A stretch of DNA of 64,000 nucleotides, from NCBI GenBank assembly GCA_050084985.1, contig JBITNC010000001.1:169446001-169510000 (forward strand), given 5' to 3'. Positions 14,201 to 26,200 of this stretch are shown piece after piece. The position numbers and the translations under genes were made by a program. Source of the DNA: Nageia nagi. Lineage: Eukaryota > Plantae > Pinophyta. Within the stretch, counting starts at the first letter, position 1. Each line of letters begins with the position of its first letter. The notes below the pieces were generated by a model. That model was not told the origin of the DNA and made no database searches. It saw only the letters and a program-made list of their open reading frames with translations.

Positions 14201-17200
14201 TCTTGCAGGTGCCTCCTTTGTGTGTGATCTCCTGCTTTTCTTAGCGGATGCCATCTCCATGCAAGTGTTGGATCTGGTGTAGTAATGGTGTACTATAGGT
14301 TTCATGCACAGTCTAGTCGGATCCAAGCTCTAATACCACTTGTGATGATCCAAAATGCAATTTGGATACAAAATAGGCAAATTCAACCTCAGTCTCCTTG
14401 ACGTCAGGCCTAGGGCATCCACAACAAGCATTCAAACCCTCAAGATGACAACGTTAGGGTTAGGGCATCAATATTCTACATGCACAACATTAATATACCC
14501 ACGTATGGCTAGAACATGCAATATTCTATCAACCATACATCACAATGCCAACTTCTGATAAATACAAGCATATACAACAATGATAATCCAACTCATGCAA
14601 AATGTGAATAAACACAATACTAGTATGAGATCCAAATTGCCCTTGGCAGTTTACAAATGATATGGAATAATGCAATACAATACCAATCCCAGGAGGATTG
14701 ATGTTGGCCTCTGAGGAGCCAACTAGGGCACAACACAAATATCCTCTGATTGGAACAATATCGGCACCATGGGATAGTACGCTCCCTCAGAACCCAAATC
14801 CGTTCCACCGAAGGAGCCCTCTGATTCTGTATAACCAACTGAATGGTAGAAGTAATACCTCGGAATACGATTGGGTGGGCAAGGGTGCTGCGCCAATGTT
14901 GTAGACAGACAGGATCCCTTAGCTTGAATGCCCTCTAAACGCTACGCCTAGGAAGGTTGCTTAGCATCGCTAAGACTTGCTGTCCTTTGGACGATATCAA
15001 TGTATAATGATCAAAAGTATATCTAGTAATGAGGCTCCAAAGGTTAATATAGCCTTTCCAGATCCGGATTACACCTCAATGTCATCACCCAACGCCCTCA
15101 TGCCCCAACGTTGGCATTTAGAAGTCAATCCAGGCCCAACGTGGGTATCTGGGCCTCCCTAATGCTCCACGTAGACCCAGGAATGCATGCATGGGTCTAA
15201 AAGGCATGTGTGGGCACTTAGGGGGCAACGTGGGTCTTAATGGCCAACATAGGGGCCTAGAAGTCTCCCTAAGGTTGGCGCAAGTGTACAAATGTTCCCA
15301 ATCTCAACGTTGGACCCATTAGGTGCTCATCCATCCACTAGATGCTAAATAGACCTTGGGATTCCCACAATCATATATTCGAATCTCCAAGTATAATAAG
15401 AACAACTAATCTAAGCTTAGGAGGGAGACGTCCCACTTGGGGCTCACACTGGGGTCCATTGACCCATAAAGTCTCCTGCATTAAGTTACAAATATGAAAG
15501 TGCAATACATTAATAAAATATATTCAAGGGATCCCAATCGGACCTTACAATTAATTACAAATGTGCAAAGGGGACATCACAGAGGTAAAAAAAAAGGCAT
15601 TTTTTGTCTTGAAGGTTTCCCAAAGGCATCAAAATGATCCCTCTCCCACCCAGGCATTGATTTTCTAGCTTTGCCCTATCAAAAGGAGAAAATGTGCTCC
15701 TAGATGGCTTGTGCACTTGTTTTTGAGGTTTTCCAAATTAAAATACTAAAATATGAGTATGGTAGAGCATAAAAAAACGAAATACTTTTGCTCTTGCAAG
15801 TTTGAAAATAGCATCAAAACTCCTCACTTCCCGTCTAGGCGCATGTTTTCTAACTTACTCCCCTCATGGAGCAAGTCCAACGGCCAAGAGAGAGAAGGAA
15901 GGTGAAGAGGAAGAAAGTTTGACTAGTTGGATGTTGACAAGTGGCACAAAAAACTCCCAAAGTCTATAAATATGCCTGCAAACCCTTCATTCTCTCCACA
16001 CCTACTTACCTCTCCTCCCAAGCCAAGATTTTGAAGATTGAAGAACCCAAGCAGAGAAGAAAAACATATGCCTAGCCTTGAAGTGATATTTGAGACTAAT
16101 TTATCTATGTGAATGTGCCTTGCCACCTTACAACACCAAGATCCAAGGTAACTTGATGCTCAAAGTTGTGTTTTGTTTGAAGAAACTTAAGATCAAAACC
16201 TCATTTTTGAAAGGATTAAAACATATGAAAATCCAAAATTTTAAAAAGTGGATTTGAGTACCCATTTCCCTTGTGATCAAGCTTGGTTTGGATCAAAATT
16301 GTGAAAAAGATGAAAAAACACAAAAAAGTAATTAAGATCCAAGATCTGAAAGCCCAAAATTCCCATTTTTTCCAAAAGAGAGAAAAATCTATAAAAATCT
16401 TTCAAAGATGTTTTTCAGTCCAAATTCATCATAGAAAGTGGTAAAACACCTTGCAAACACATTTCGCATGCATCCAAGGTGTCACACTACCAATCTAGCA
16501 TCATTTGGCAACTTTGCCAAATTCACCCCTCTTTCCCTCCTTATTTTTCACTCATGACCTGTCATTTTCTAGCGAGCATGATTTTTGCTTGAAAATACCG
16601 AAAAATATGCATAAAAGTCCAAAATTCCCAAAATTGCTTCTAAGACATCTTCCCTTACGATTTGGTTACCCTTGCATTGCGTCAATTTTCCTCAATATTG
16701 TTAAAAACTTTGCAGTACTAGCATCGTTTTGATGATGGTACACTTCGAATTAATTATTGAAAAATCCAAAATTACCAAAAATTGCTGTTTTGCCCAGAAA
16801 ATTCCCAAAGGTTTATCGAACACGCTCTAATGATGTGTTGTACATATAATAGGATTACTATGGCATCTATCACCAGTAACATCAAGGAAAGGAAGCAAGC
16901 AAGACTCAAGATGAAGAGCGCCATCAAATTTGAGAAGATGGAGGAAACTCTCCAAGCTACTGCAAAGTTTTCAGATCACTTAAGTGAGATTGGAGACACC
17001 GAGTGCTCCAACACTGATCTGATGGTAGTATTAATGAAAATTCAATTGATGGAACCAAGTTTACTATCTAAAGACACTTTTAAAAATTTCTTTATTTGTG
17101 TAATCATCAATAATATCATTTGTATACTCTTTTCCAGAACTTTGTTATGAAGTGGGTCAATATTGCAACTGCTCCACAATGATGCTTTCTGACAAAGTTG

Positions 17201-20200
17201 GTAATAAAATTATGGACTTCACACAAGTAGGCATTGAGAAATTTTTTGCTTGGAGAAGTGAAGGTGTATTATACAATGTGGAAGAATCTCTCAAATTATA
17301 CAAAGATCAAAAGCCTCCAAATTACTTGATCAAATATTGGCTAGCCAACAATAGCAAAAACCTCAGAGATAAAGCCTTAGCTCAACATAAGAGAGGAGAT
17401 TTCTCTCCCACATTCTCGAAGATCATAAGTATGTTATCAAGGGTGACTAGAAAGAAGGATGACTCAAAGTTTTGACCACAGTTTGCAGGATTCATTGATC
17501 AGATCAGTTCGGGCAAAGGCATGCATTGGAGCAAAGTCATTAGTGATTGCTTGGCTACACAGTTAACCAATGTCAAGGTTGATAAAGAGTTCTCTATGAA
17601 CTTCTACTGAGTGTTCTTCCTCATTGATGTTAAGGAGAGAAGAACTACTGTTGCTATTGCTGAATTCCTATATGATGTTATGCATCTTATATGGGAAAGT
17701 TACCTGTGGTTTTGGGTACAAAATAGATGGACTGATGATAGCTGGAAGATGATGAATGAAGGTTTTGAATGCCAAATCTACAATGGGATCAAAGGCAAAA
17801 GGAAGATGTTAAGGATATCGGATAAAGCTGTCGCAGCTCTCAAGGGACATGCAAACTAGTACTTGGAGGACCTAGACTGCACTTACATCAGGGTGTATGG
17901 TTCCAAAGAAGCTTTGTGGCAACTACCTCGTTTCACCAATGATTGACTCATCCTTATGGATTTCTCAAGGCACTTGTTGAATGTGCGTGATAAGGTATTT
18001 GTTAATAAGGCTTGTCCTACATATCAATTACCAATTATCATGGGAGGGTATGAATGTACTGGTTGGTGTCAAATCCCATTGATGAGATGCGAATTAGTAC
18101 TTCATCACTTCCAAATAGAAGTGGTAGCGAATCAGTATGATCTAGATGGGATAATTGATGCCTTTTTCAGAAAAACTTGACAATCCACTTTCCCACATAA
18201 GTCTCTTGGCAACATTGAAAGATAACAAAAATATTTGTGATCTTTTATAGATTTAGAAGATACCTAGAGAGTTAGCTCAAAAGAAAAATGGAAAACAAGA
18301 AGTTGGGGAGAATAGCAAGTAGAAATCTTCAAAACCTGTTGAAAAGTCCCCAATGCACGCATATATCATTCCAATTATATGACCCATTGTAGCATTCCTG
18401 AGGAAACACTCAATACAATCGTTCAAGGAGTATTAGATGACATCACCTACTTAAGAGAGGATGGCTTGATTTCACGCCCACTCGATCATCTTAAAAAGGT
18501 GGTTAATCATCCAAGTGGCTCAAGGCGGAACGTTGCACATCATCTTCTGAGTCTCTCAACACCAACTTCTAGTTCAAGTTTGAGTAAGTATGGCCCAAAT
18601 ACCACCGCGACCAATTCAGGTGGTGAAATGGATTTTGATGCATCTATAAACACTAACATGGATATAGATTGGGATAACATCTCCAATAGAGTGGAAATTG
18701 AAGACTCGATAGAAATCCCTATTGAATATAATCCCGTGATTAATATAGCTATGCAAGAAGCTACAAAACCTTCAACTTCAAAATCCACTACACCACAAAG
18801 AGCATCTATAGTATCTCCACCTCCAAATAAGGCCCCGTAGCAATTCAAGAAGGTAATTCTAGACCAAGAGGGATGACATCTTCATGGGGAGGAGATGGAG
18901 GGAAAGAAGAGGAAGAAGGGAAAATGATGAACAACGCAAAAAGAGAAGGTAGATAGAGCATGATAGCAGCAGTGGCGAATACAGAGAGATGGTTGCTTAT
19001 GAAGAGCTTCAAAAAGAGCCACGCTTTAATATGACTGCAGTTTTGGCAAATCTGAGGGCAGATCACCCTTTTGAAGGAGAAGAATTTGAAGATGAAAATG
19101 ATGAAGTTCAATAGATTAACACCCTTGTCACTATAGTAGGCAAAGCCACTTACAACGATAAACTCTATTATGGAAAGAACAAGGCCGACACTGGTAATTT
19201 TGAGATGCTTGCTGAGATAATGGCTCCATTAGAAATGGAACATACCATAGTCACTATTGCTAAAGCATTACAAGAGGTGTGAACTCAAAAGAATATACAA
19301 ATTAGGGAATTGAAGAAAATTGTGGCTAGCTAGGAAAGAATAGCCAAAGAAGTGGAAGCTGCTCACCTAACTATTGAAGACATTAGGAAGCAGGTAAACT
19401 TAAACACTTGAATTGCTGTAGTAAAAGCAGAGTGGACCAAGAGCTTAGTTGATGCTAGCAAGAGACTTTTCTTGAATATAGCAAACTTCTACATTGAAGA
19501 AAATGGTTCACTCACTCGGGCAAAGAGACTTGAAAATTTGATCAATAGGTGGAGAGGAAGTTTCCCTATAATCCATGATCTAAGGAGAAGTGCTTCTCTC
19601 AAACCAATTACTCTTGATTATTGTTATGATTGGTTTCACCTATATGATCAAATATATTATGTCAAGGTCAAAACTCAAGATTTTATTGATACAAGAACAC
19701 AACTCAAAGCCATCATTAGAAAGTAGGTAAATGAATATGAATTTCAAATACCCTTGCTTGAAGAATGTGGCAAGATAAAAAAATATGGCTTAGTAATGGG
19801 ATAAGTCCATGCCATGATTTCAAATTTGTTACACACAGAGGATACCAATGGCTTGACGATGGGAAAACAAATGAAAGGAGGGAGTAGATTCACCATTTGG
19901 TGCAAAGAAATGGGAAAAACCAGAATCTTCATCCTTGAACACTTGCTATCAAATGAGGGAACATTAGAGATCATCAACTGAGGAGTGCGAAATGTGGAGA
20001 CCTTCATGGGAGACAACTTTGAAGCTACAATTGCATTTCATGTGCAATCAATCATCCCACCACTGCCATTTTAGTTATGATTTTGGTTTTAGCATTATAG
20101 CTATATTTAACCAATTTTTTGGCTAACTTAGTGGAATACCACTAAGTCGGATTGTAATCTCAATTAGCATCTAATTAGCAATTAGAGATTAGGATTTTGA

Positions 20201-23200
20201 AAATTTCTATAAATATGAGGCATGAGGTCTCATTATTGTAAGAGCTCAATTCTTGAGAGAAGAAAGTTTTGTAAACTAAGAGCACACTTGTACACTTTTG
20301 CTCAACTCCTTTTACAATCAATACAAAGTGGTTGAACTAAAGATCAAGATTGATCATACATTTTTGATGTTGTGAGTTGAATGTTGAAGGACTTTCTTAG
20401 TTGGTTTGTACACTTTTACATCCTTTAAAAACTTACGAGTTTTAGGGAAAATATCATTGCATTACTTTACAAAGTGTTTGAAACTAATCTTTGATAGTTG
20501 CTTAATTCACAACATGCAAGTTAGGTAAAGTACTTTGAATTTGTTTCCATTTTCATGACATTAAAATAGAATTTTCTTCCAAATTCTTAAGTCCTTCCCA
20601 CGTGTTCTTCCAACACATCCATTTGATTGATTTGGTCCATTCACACGAGTACCAACAATCAGCCTTGCTTCAACCTCCACTTTGGAACAACTCGAACAAT
20701 AGTTGTTTGTTTGCAAAGTTGAATGAAACTTCCTTAACTGATACGAAAGGGATGAACTATTTAGACCATGCTTTATTTTGTTGATCAACTTGTTATCTAA
20801 CCAAGTATTTTGTTTCTTTCACGAAGTGTAGTTTCTTCATTTATTGTATTGCTTTTATGCTTTCTTTATGCTTTTGAAAATCAAATACAACTTTTAGTTT
20901 TATACACAAGTGTGACTAATAAACTCTAAACATAATATGTTGGTTAACAGTTGCTATCTCTAAAACACTCCACATGAGCTGATATCCTGAAGAGAAAGAC
21001 TTCAAAAGTAAGAAAGAATTGCATCGCATTCCTTTGATTGTGTTGCAAATTTCACAAAAACCTTGGGGTAATCAGTCCTTACGAGCGGGGAATCAGTTAC
21101 GCATTTCCACCTAAGATGCTAGGCAGTTTCCACCTCCGGTGATTCAGAATTATCGGTAGGAAAGAAATCCTTCCTGACAGAACCTTTATCAAATGTTCTA
21201 TCACCTAAAAATCATAAAAAAAATAGAAATTTAGTTTTACGAATTTAAATTGATAAATAGAAAAATAAGAAACTAAAAATTGATAATCTATAATTGGACA
21301 TATTTAAGTTACCTTCATGACCTCATGAATGCCCTTTCAAAAATAAGTCATCAAACACTATCTTTTCGACCCTCTCTTGATCCACTATGGCAAAAAGGAG
21401 ACCCCATCCACTCTTGACTCACAAACATCCCCTCAAGAGGAGCCTATGTGTACCCAATATCATCAATGATGTATAAAAAATACTTAAACCCTTTGCATGT
21501 GAGATGATCAATTTTCCGTTAACATGCAACTTATGATGACACAAATTTCAATTCAATTGTTCAACATGCTTAAGCTCATGCCCTTGTGTTTTGTTGTATA
21601 TTGTCCAAGTAAGCTAATATAAGAGCATACTAAGGGGCATGAAATATCATTCATTGTTGTATATTGTCCAAGTAAGCTATTATAAGAGCATATGAAGTGG
21701 TGTTAAATATCGTTCATCATCCTCATAAATGCTTCAGGTCCATTTACAAACAAACACTTGGACCACTATGTCTTGGATTTTAATGCAGTCTTCCATACAT
21801 TAGTAGACTTGATGGCCATTTTTTTGGCATCCAGAATGTGGGTAAATTTTGGTAAAGTTCATTGTACCTCAAAGTTGATCTAATAGGTCATCTTGAGAAA
21901 TATGTAAGTGTCCTTCTAGTAATTTTGTTTAGAGTTGTGTAGTCAATACAAAAGGAACATTTTTCATATTCTGATGCCAATATAATTTGGTTGCCACAAA
22001 GTAAGGCACTAGACCTTCTATATCCTTTTTATATTAACTCTTGAAACCAGTGTTTAAAGTTCATAGTTCTCCAAAACAGAGCATGTTTACAAAGGGACAT
22101 TTGGCAAAGCAGATCCAAGAACTAGGTCTATAACTTCTTTGCTTTATAATGGAGGGGCTTTTTTGTTGGTGTCTTGAAGATGCTGTCAAATTCAACTACA
22201 ATCTGATCCGATTGCCTTTTTGTGTTGGTTGAACGAGTATAGGAGCTTGAGTGGTAATACCTTTTATATTTTTTAGTTCTAAGAAAACTTTGACAGTATT
22301 GTTCACGTACAAAATAACATAGCATATTCTATGAGTGTGATAGTGGTAAATGAGGGTTAGATTCATTAATACCATGGGGTATATGGAAGGTTCCCTAAAT
22401 TAAATTTCACAAGCAGTCAATTATGGTACATTTGCAAAGTATGTCATCTTTTAAGAGCTTGATGATATGTGAGAGGGATGCTGCAGTGATGTGCATGTCT
22501 CTATCCTGATACAACCATTTGATTGTAAGTTGTTGAGGGTGACATGGGATTGGTAGTTTCAACGTGCTAACATCTTTAGTGAAATTAACTTTTGGCTATC
22601 ATTATTTTCTACAATAAAGTGCAAAGACTTATTTTGCACATGTGAGTAGAATCAATGTTCAATCTTCTTACAGGTTTGATGGTGGTACCATAGCTATGGC
22701 CATAGTTATTAGACTTAGACTTGACAAAACATTTTTGACTTTCCACTCCATAAGAACTTGGACTCGGTAAGAAAAAACAAAAAAACGAAGGAAATCATAT
22801 TTTGCCACAGAAAGAAACAATTTTTCTTTTCTTTTCACATCAGCCATCAAATTAACCATGAAATTACATGTCAAGAACTAGAAATGCAATGTTTTGTATT
22901 AATAAGGAGACGATAGAATTACAAAATGGTAAATCTAGCTTTTTGCATTGGATCAATCAATGAAGGGCATTTTACCTTGGCCCTAACATAGAGCATTCTT
23001 TTTACTAGTGTTATGCGGGAATGCGTTTCCTCCCCCTTGGAGGAGGCGTTCCCATGTTCTCAAGAACTTGGGATCATCATGGGAAACACCCAAAACCATT
23101 CCCCTTGGCTGTTGGTGGACAAGCACTTAAATATTTTTTTTTCTAAAACTAAAAAAAGGTGTAAAATAGATTAGGGATGAGATCCACCAATGCCCTACGC

Positions 23201-26200
23201 AAAATAAAAAATATGAAAATTCTGGGAATTCTTAGTAGTATTATACTTGCTGTTCCCAAGGCATTTCCCAAAAATGTCCTTTCTTGTGCCTTGTTCCTAG
23301 GAATGCTTTCCTCCATTCCTGGGGCCTTGTGGAATCTTGCTTTTCGCACTAGTTGTATTGGCTGCATTGGTTAATTGGTTGTGGTTTGTGTGGATTTATG
23401 TGTTGTTGATGCTATTTCTTTTTCTATGTGCACCTCTTCTTCAGTCATTGCTATGGCCTCTTGCTCCATGGTGCCAAAGTTGTCCACTGAAAAGAAGAGC
23501 ATGTCCTTCTCCTTCTTGTTGGGGGCTTTTTCTTTCCTACCCCTGCAAGCTAGCAAGTAGTATCGCAGGGCTTAGTGGAAAGACTCCAACACCTGAGTGG
23601 TAGGGCGTTACCCCTACCCGCTATGAGGACTGTTCACTTCAAAGGTTAGAAAGTGAAGGCTGCATGGGCTTACTCAAATGGTTTGGTAGAGATGTTTTAA
23701 GCTATTACCAACTCAAATGAAATTTTTTACTCAAGGACTCGAAGGGTCTCTCTAATTTAGTGAGGTTGTTTCTCGAAGAAAAAAAATAAAAGGAGTTTGT
23801 TGTGAAAGCTGTGCAAAAAAAATGGAAAAGAAAGAAAAGAGGTTTGTGAAGAGATGGTTATATATGATTGGGGCTCTAAGGCAATGTTCTCACTTATTAG
23901 TGTGAATTTCAGAGACTTGACTCGCACGGGTTTGTTCTAGGTTCCATGCATTCCCGATCCGACTTGTGAGACAACAACACGAATACCTCAACAAGGGGAG
24001 TTTGAAGCTAAAGCGGTGGAAAGATAGGAAAGGATGGGGTAAGACTCAATGATGGGGAATGAAGTTCCTAGGTTAAACGACATATGCGAGTTCTCTTGGA
24101 AGACACTAATCCAAAGTGCAAACTACGGAACGTTACAACTACACACCACTTAGAATGTTTCGTAGGATCTACAAGCACTCTTTTGTCCACCTTTTAGAAG
24201 ATTTACAAAATGAACCAAACATTCAAGATAGCATAGAGAAATAACATACAATGACATCCATAGTCTCAAATAAGAACATGCTCACTTCAATTACTTGAGA
24301 TTTATATCACAATTGCAAAAAAAGGGAAACTTGCAAGTTTGGAAGAATATTGTAAGTAGTCCAATTTTTCACAAAATGTCTAATCCCCTACAAATGACTT
24401 GAAATGGGCTATATATAGTTTTAGAGCAACTCTAAATGTTTCCCTAACCCTAATTGCAACTTATGAGAAAATAAAATATGGTCCAATCAAAATACACCAC
24501 ATGGCGTCACAAGATAACTTCCAAGTTTGTGGGAGCAAATCCTCATCCATCATAAACTTGGGAATTATTAACAAATAAATTCAAGTTTCCAATCATAACT
24601 ATGAAATAAAATAAAATAAAATATGACAAGTATTGTGACTAGGTGTTTGGTTTGCCCAACGCCTCTATGCGTCCCTCAAAGTCGTCGTCTAGGAATTTGG
24701 CTGTGAGCTCTAATCTATGCAGTATCTCTGATAATTTGGGCTTGTTCTTGGCCATGTAGCACTCCACCTTGTCTACTATCCTCAACATGTCCTCCCATGC
24801 ATGAGCTTTAAGCAAATGCTCCAAGTGACTGCTAGTTTGGAACGTGTTGATATCTTCAGTCATAATCAAGCTGTGAAGGAAGTGCCTCACTTCTGCCACC
24901 ACCAAGTCTCTGTCTCGGATGCCCGCATCATCATCAAGGAACTTTACCTGGAACTCCATTTGCTCAAGGCAAGTGTTTGCTTTGTAATTGAGCTTCTGCA
25001 CATCCTTTTGCACCTCTTGGAATCGAGTGGCCATTTGATTGACCACACCCAAATAGAACCAATATTCTTCGCAGAACTTCATGTCTTCTGGCCTGCGATT
25101 TTGTGTCATCTCAAACTGCGTGATCATGTGCCCCCTAGAATCCAAGACTTTGAGAAAACTGGTTCTCTCTACAATGATATCTTTGAGCTTCTACTTCTCG
25201 AGTGCTACCCTCTCCAGTGCTCCAATAAATCGCTAAACTACTGCCAAGACCTCATCTATGTGCTTTTGTTTCATCGCAATCATACGCTTCTTAAGTGGCT
25301 TGGTCTTTCGAAGTTCTTCGATGGGTACCTTAGCCGACTCTAATTCTTTTGTCAACTTCTTCTGTGCGGCTAACTCCTTCTTGAGGCCCTTAATCTCCTT
25401 ATCTTTCATCATACCATCTTTGGTGATGGCCTTAGCATTGGAGATGATTGCATGTTTTTGACCAGCCAAACCGATCGGACCTGTATTAATGATCTAGTTA
25501 ATCTGCTTGAGGTCTTCTGGGCGTTTGTGGGTTCTCCTTGTCAGCTATAATAGGCTTAATGTGTATAGCATTGTCGGCCACATGGACATACGTTTGGGAT
25601 TCTCTTGGACGGGTGGAGCTTTCTTCTACTTGGTCATCCTTTTCCCCTGCTCCAAGTTCTTTTCCGACGTCCATATTGAACACATCAAGACACTTCCTCC
25701 ATGTTGACACCCCACTCATCCATGGGTGATGGTTGATAAGTGTCCACGACAGCCTCTTGATTGGCAATAGTGTTCCTCTTTATTCTCTGAGGGTCTCTCC
25801 TCTTCTTGTTCATCATGCTGATCATTTGAAGCTCCTGTGGCCTGGGATTGCGGAGTCCTCTTCAATTGAGCCCTCCTCTGTATTGTCTCTGAAATTGGTT
25901 CTTTGCTTCTCTCTATAGACCGCCTTGATGTTGTATGCCTACGAGTCTCCTTTAAAATCTCCACAGACACATCTTGTCGCTGCACATCGGGGATATCCTC
26001 ATCTTGGACCATATTTTGTTCCTGTTCATCCTTCGATACTCCAATCTCTCCTTCCTCTTGGTTTTCATCGGGCTTGTAAGAGGAACTGGAGGCTGCTGAC
26101 CTAGATGGTGGTACAATAGGTGATGTTGTAGCTATTGTGGCTCTAGGTGGTCTAGGTGGTGGAGAAGGATCTTGATGTCTATTTCGCACACACCTTACTA

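Larger units (their letters stand above)
10700..15581 (-). mobile_element. Non-autonomous Ty3/Gypsy element (gag + protease only), nested in element A
   Basis: LTRs 14341-15581 and 10700-11266 (the latter internally deleted); TSD GAGGT; PBS TGGTATTAGAGC (tRNA-iMet) at 14327-14338; PPT GAGAAGGGAGGCTT at 11267-11280; gag FASLHFKGDALKWW; protease LIDPGASHNFI; no RT, RNase H or integrase. Confidence 0.92.
9259..21179 (+). mobile_element. Giant solo-LTR-like element A (about 7.0 kb without its nested insert) with internal degenerate ORF
   Basis: TGTTGTG...CCTGACA ends; TSD GAACT/GAACC; interrupts hAT at KVL; both ends homologous to element B. Confidence 0.82.
3860..21470 (-). mobile_element. hAT remnant split into three pieces (about 3860-4485, 8708-9258, 21180-21470) by two later insertions
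   Basis: Rejoined pieces read VIEHLIKV|LHLVHG..PMGYLYEA...WGIIDRR...ILSQPCS..GCEHN|SLFESIHTKK...LNDLVFLQYNL. Confidence 0.85.

Noticed and set aside
17025-17138. Apparent GT-AG intron in the element A ORF
   Set aside because: Element B has coding sequence here; a frameshift restoring FPELCYEVGQ explains it better.
23560-23650. Hammerhead (retrozyme) or twister ribozyme in the conserved terminal block
   Set aside because: No CUGANGA/GAAA core or twister consensus seen by eye on either strand; reported only as a hairpin.
24801-25343. Long plus-strand ORFs over TEs (also 11661-12143, 44740-45111, 47625-48113)
   Set aside because: Antisense shadows of TE ORFs, repeats or LTR sequence; no domain motifs.
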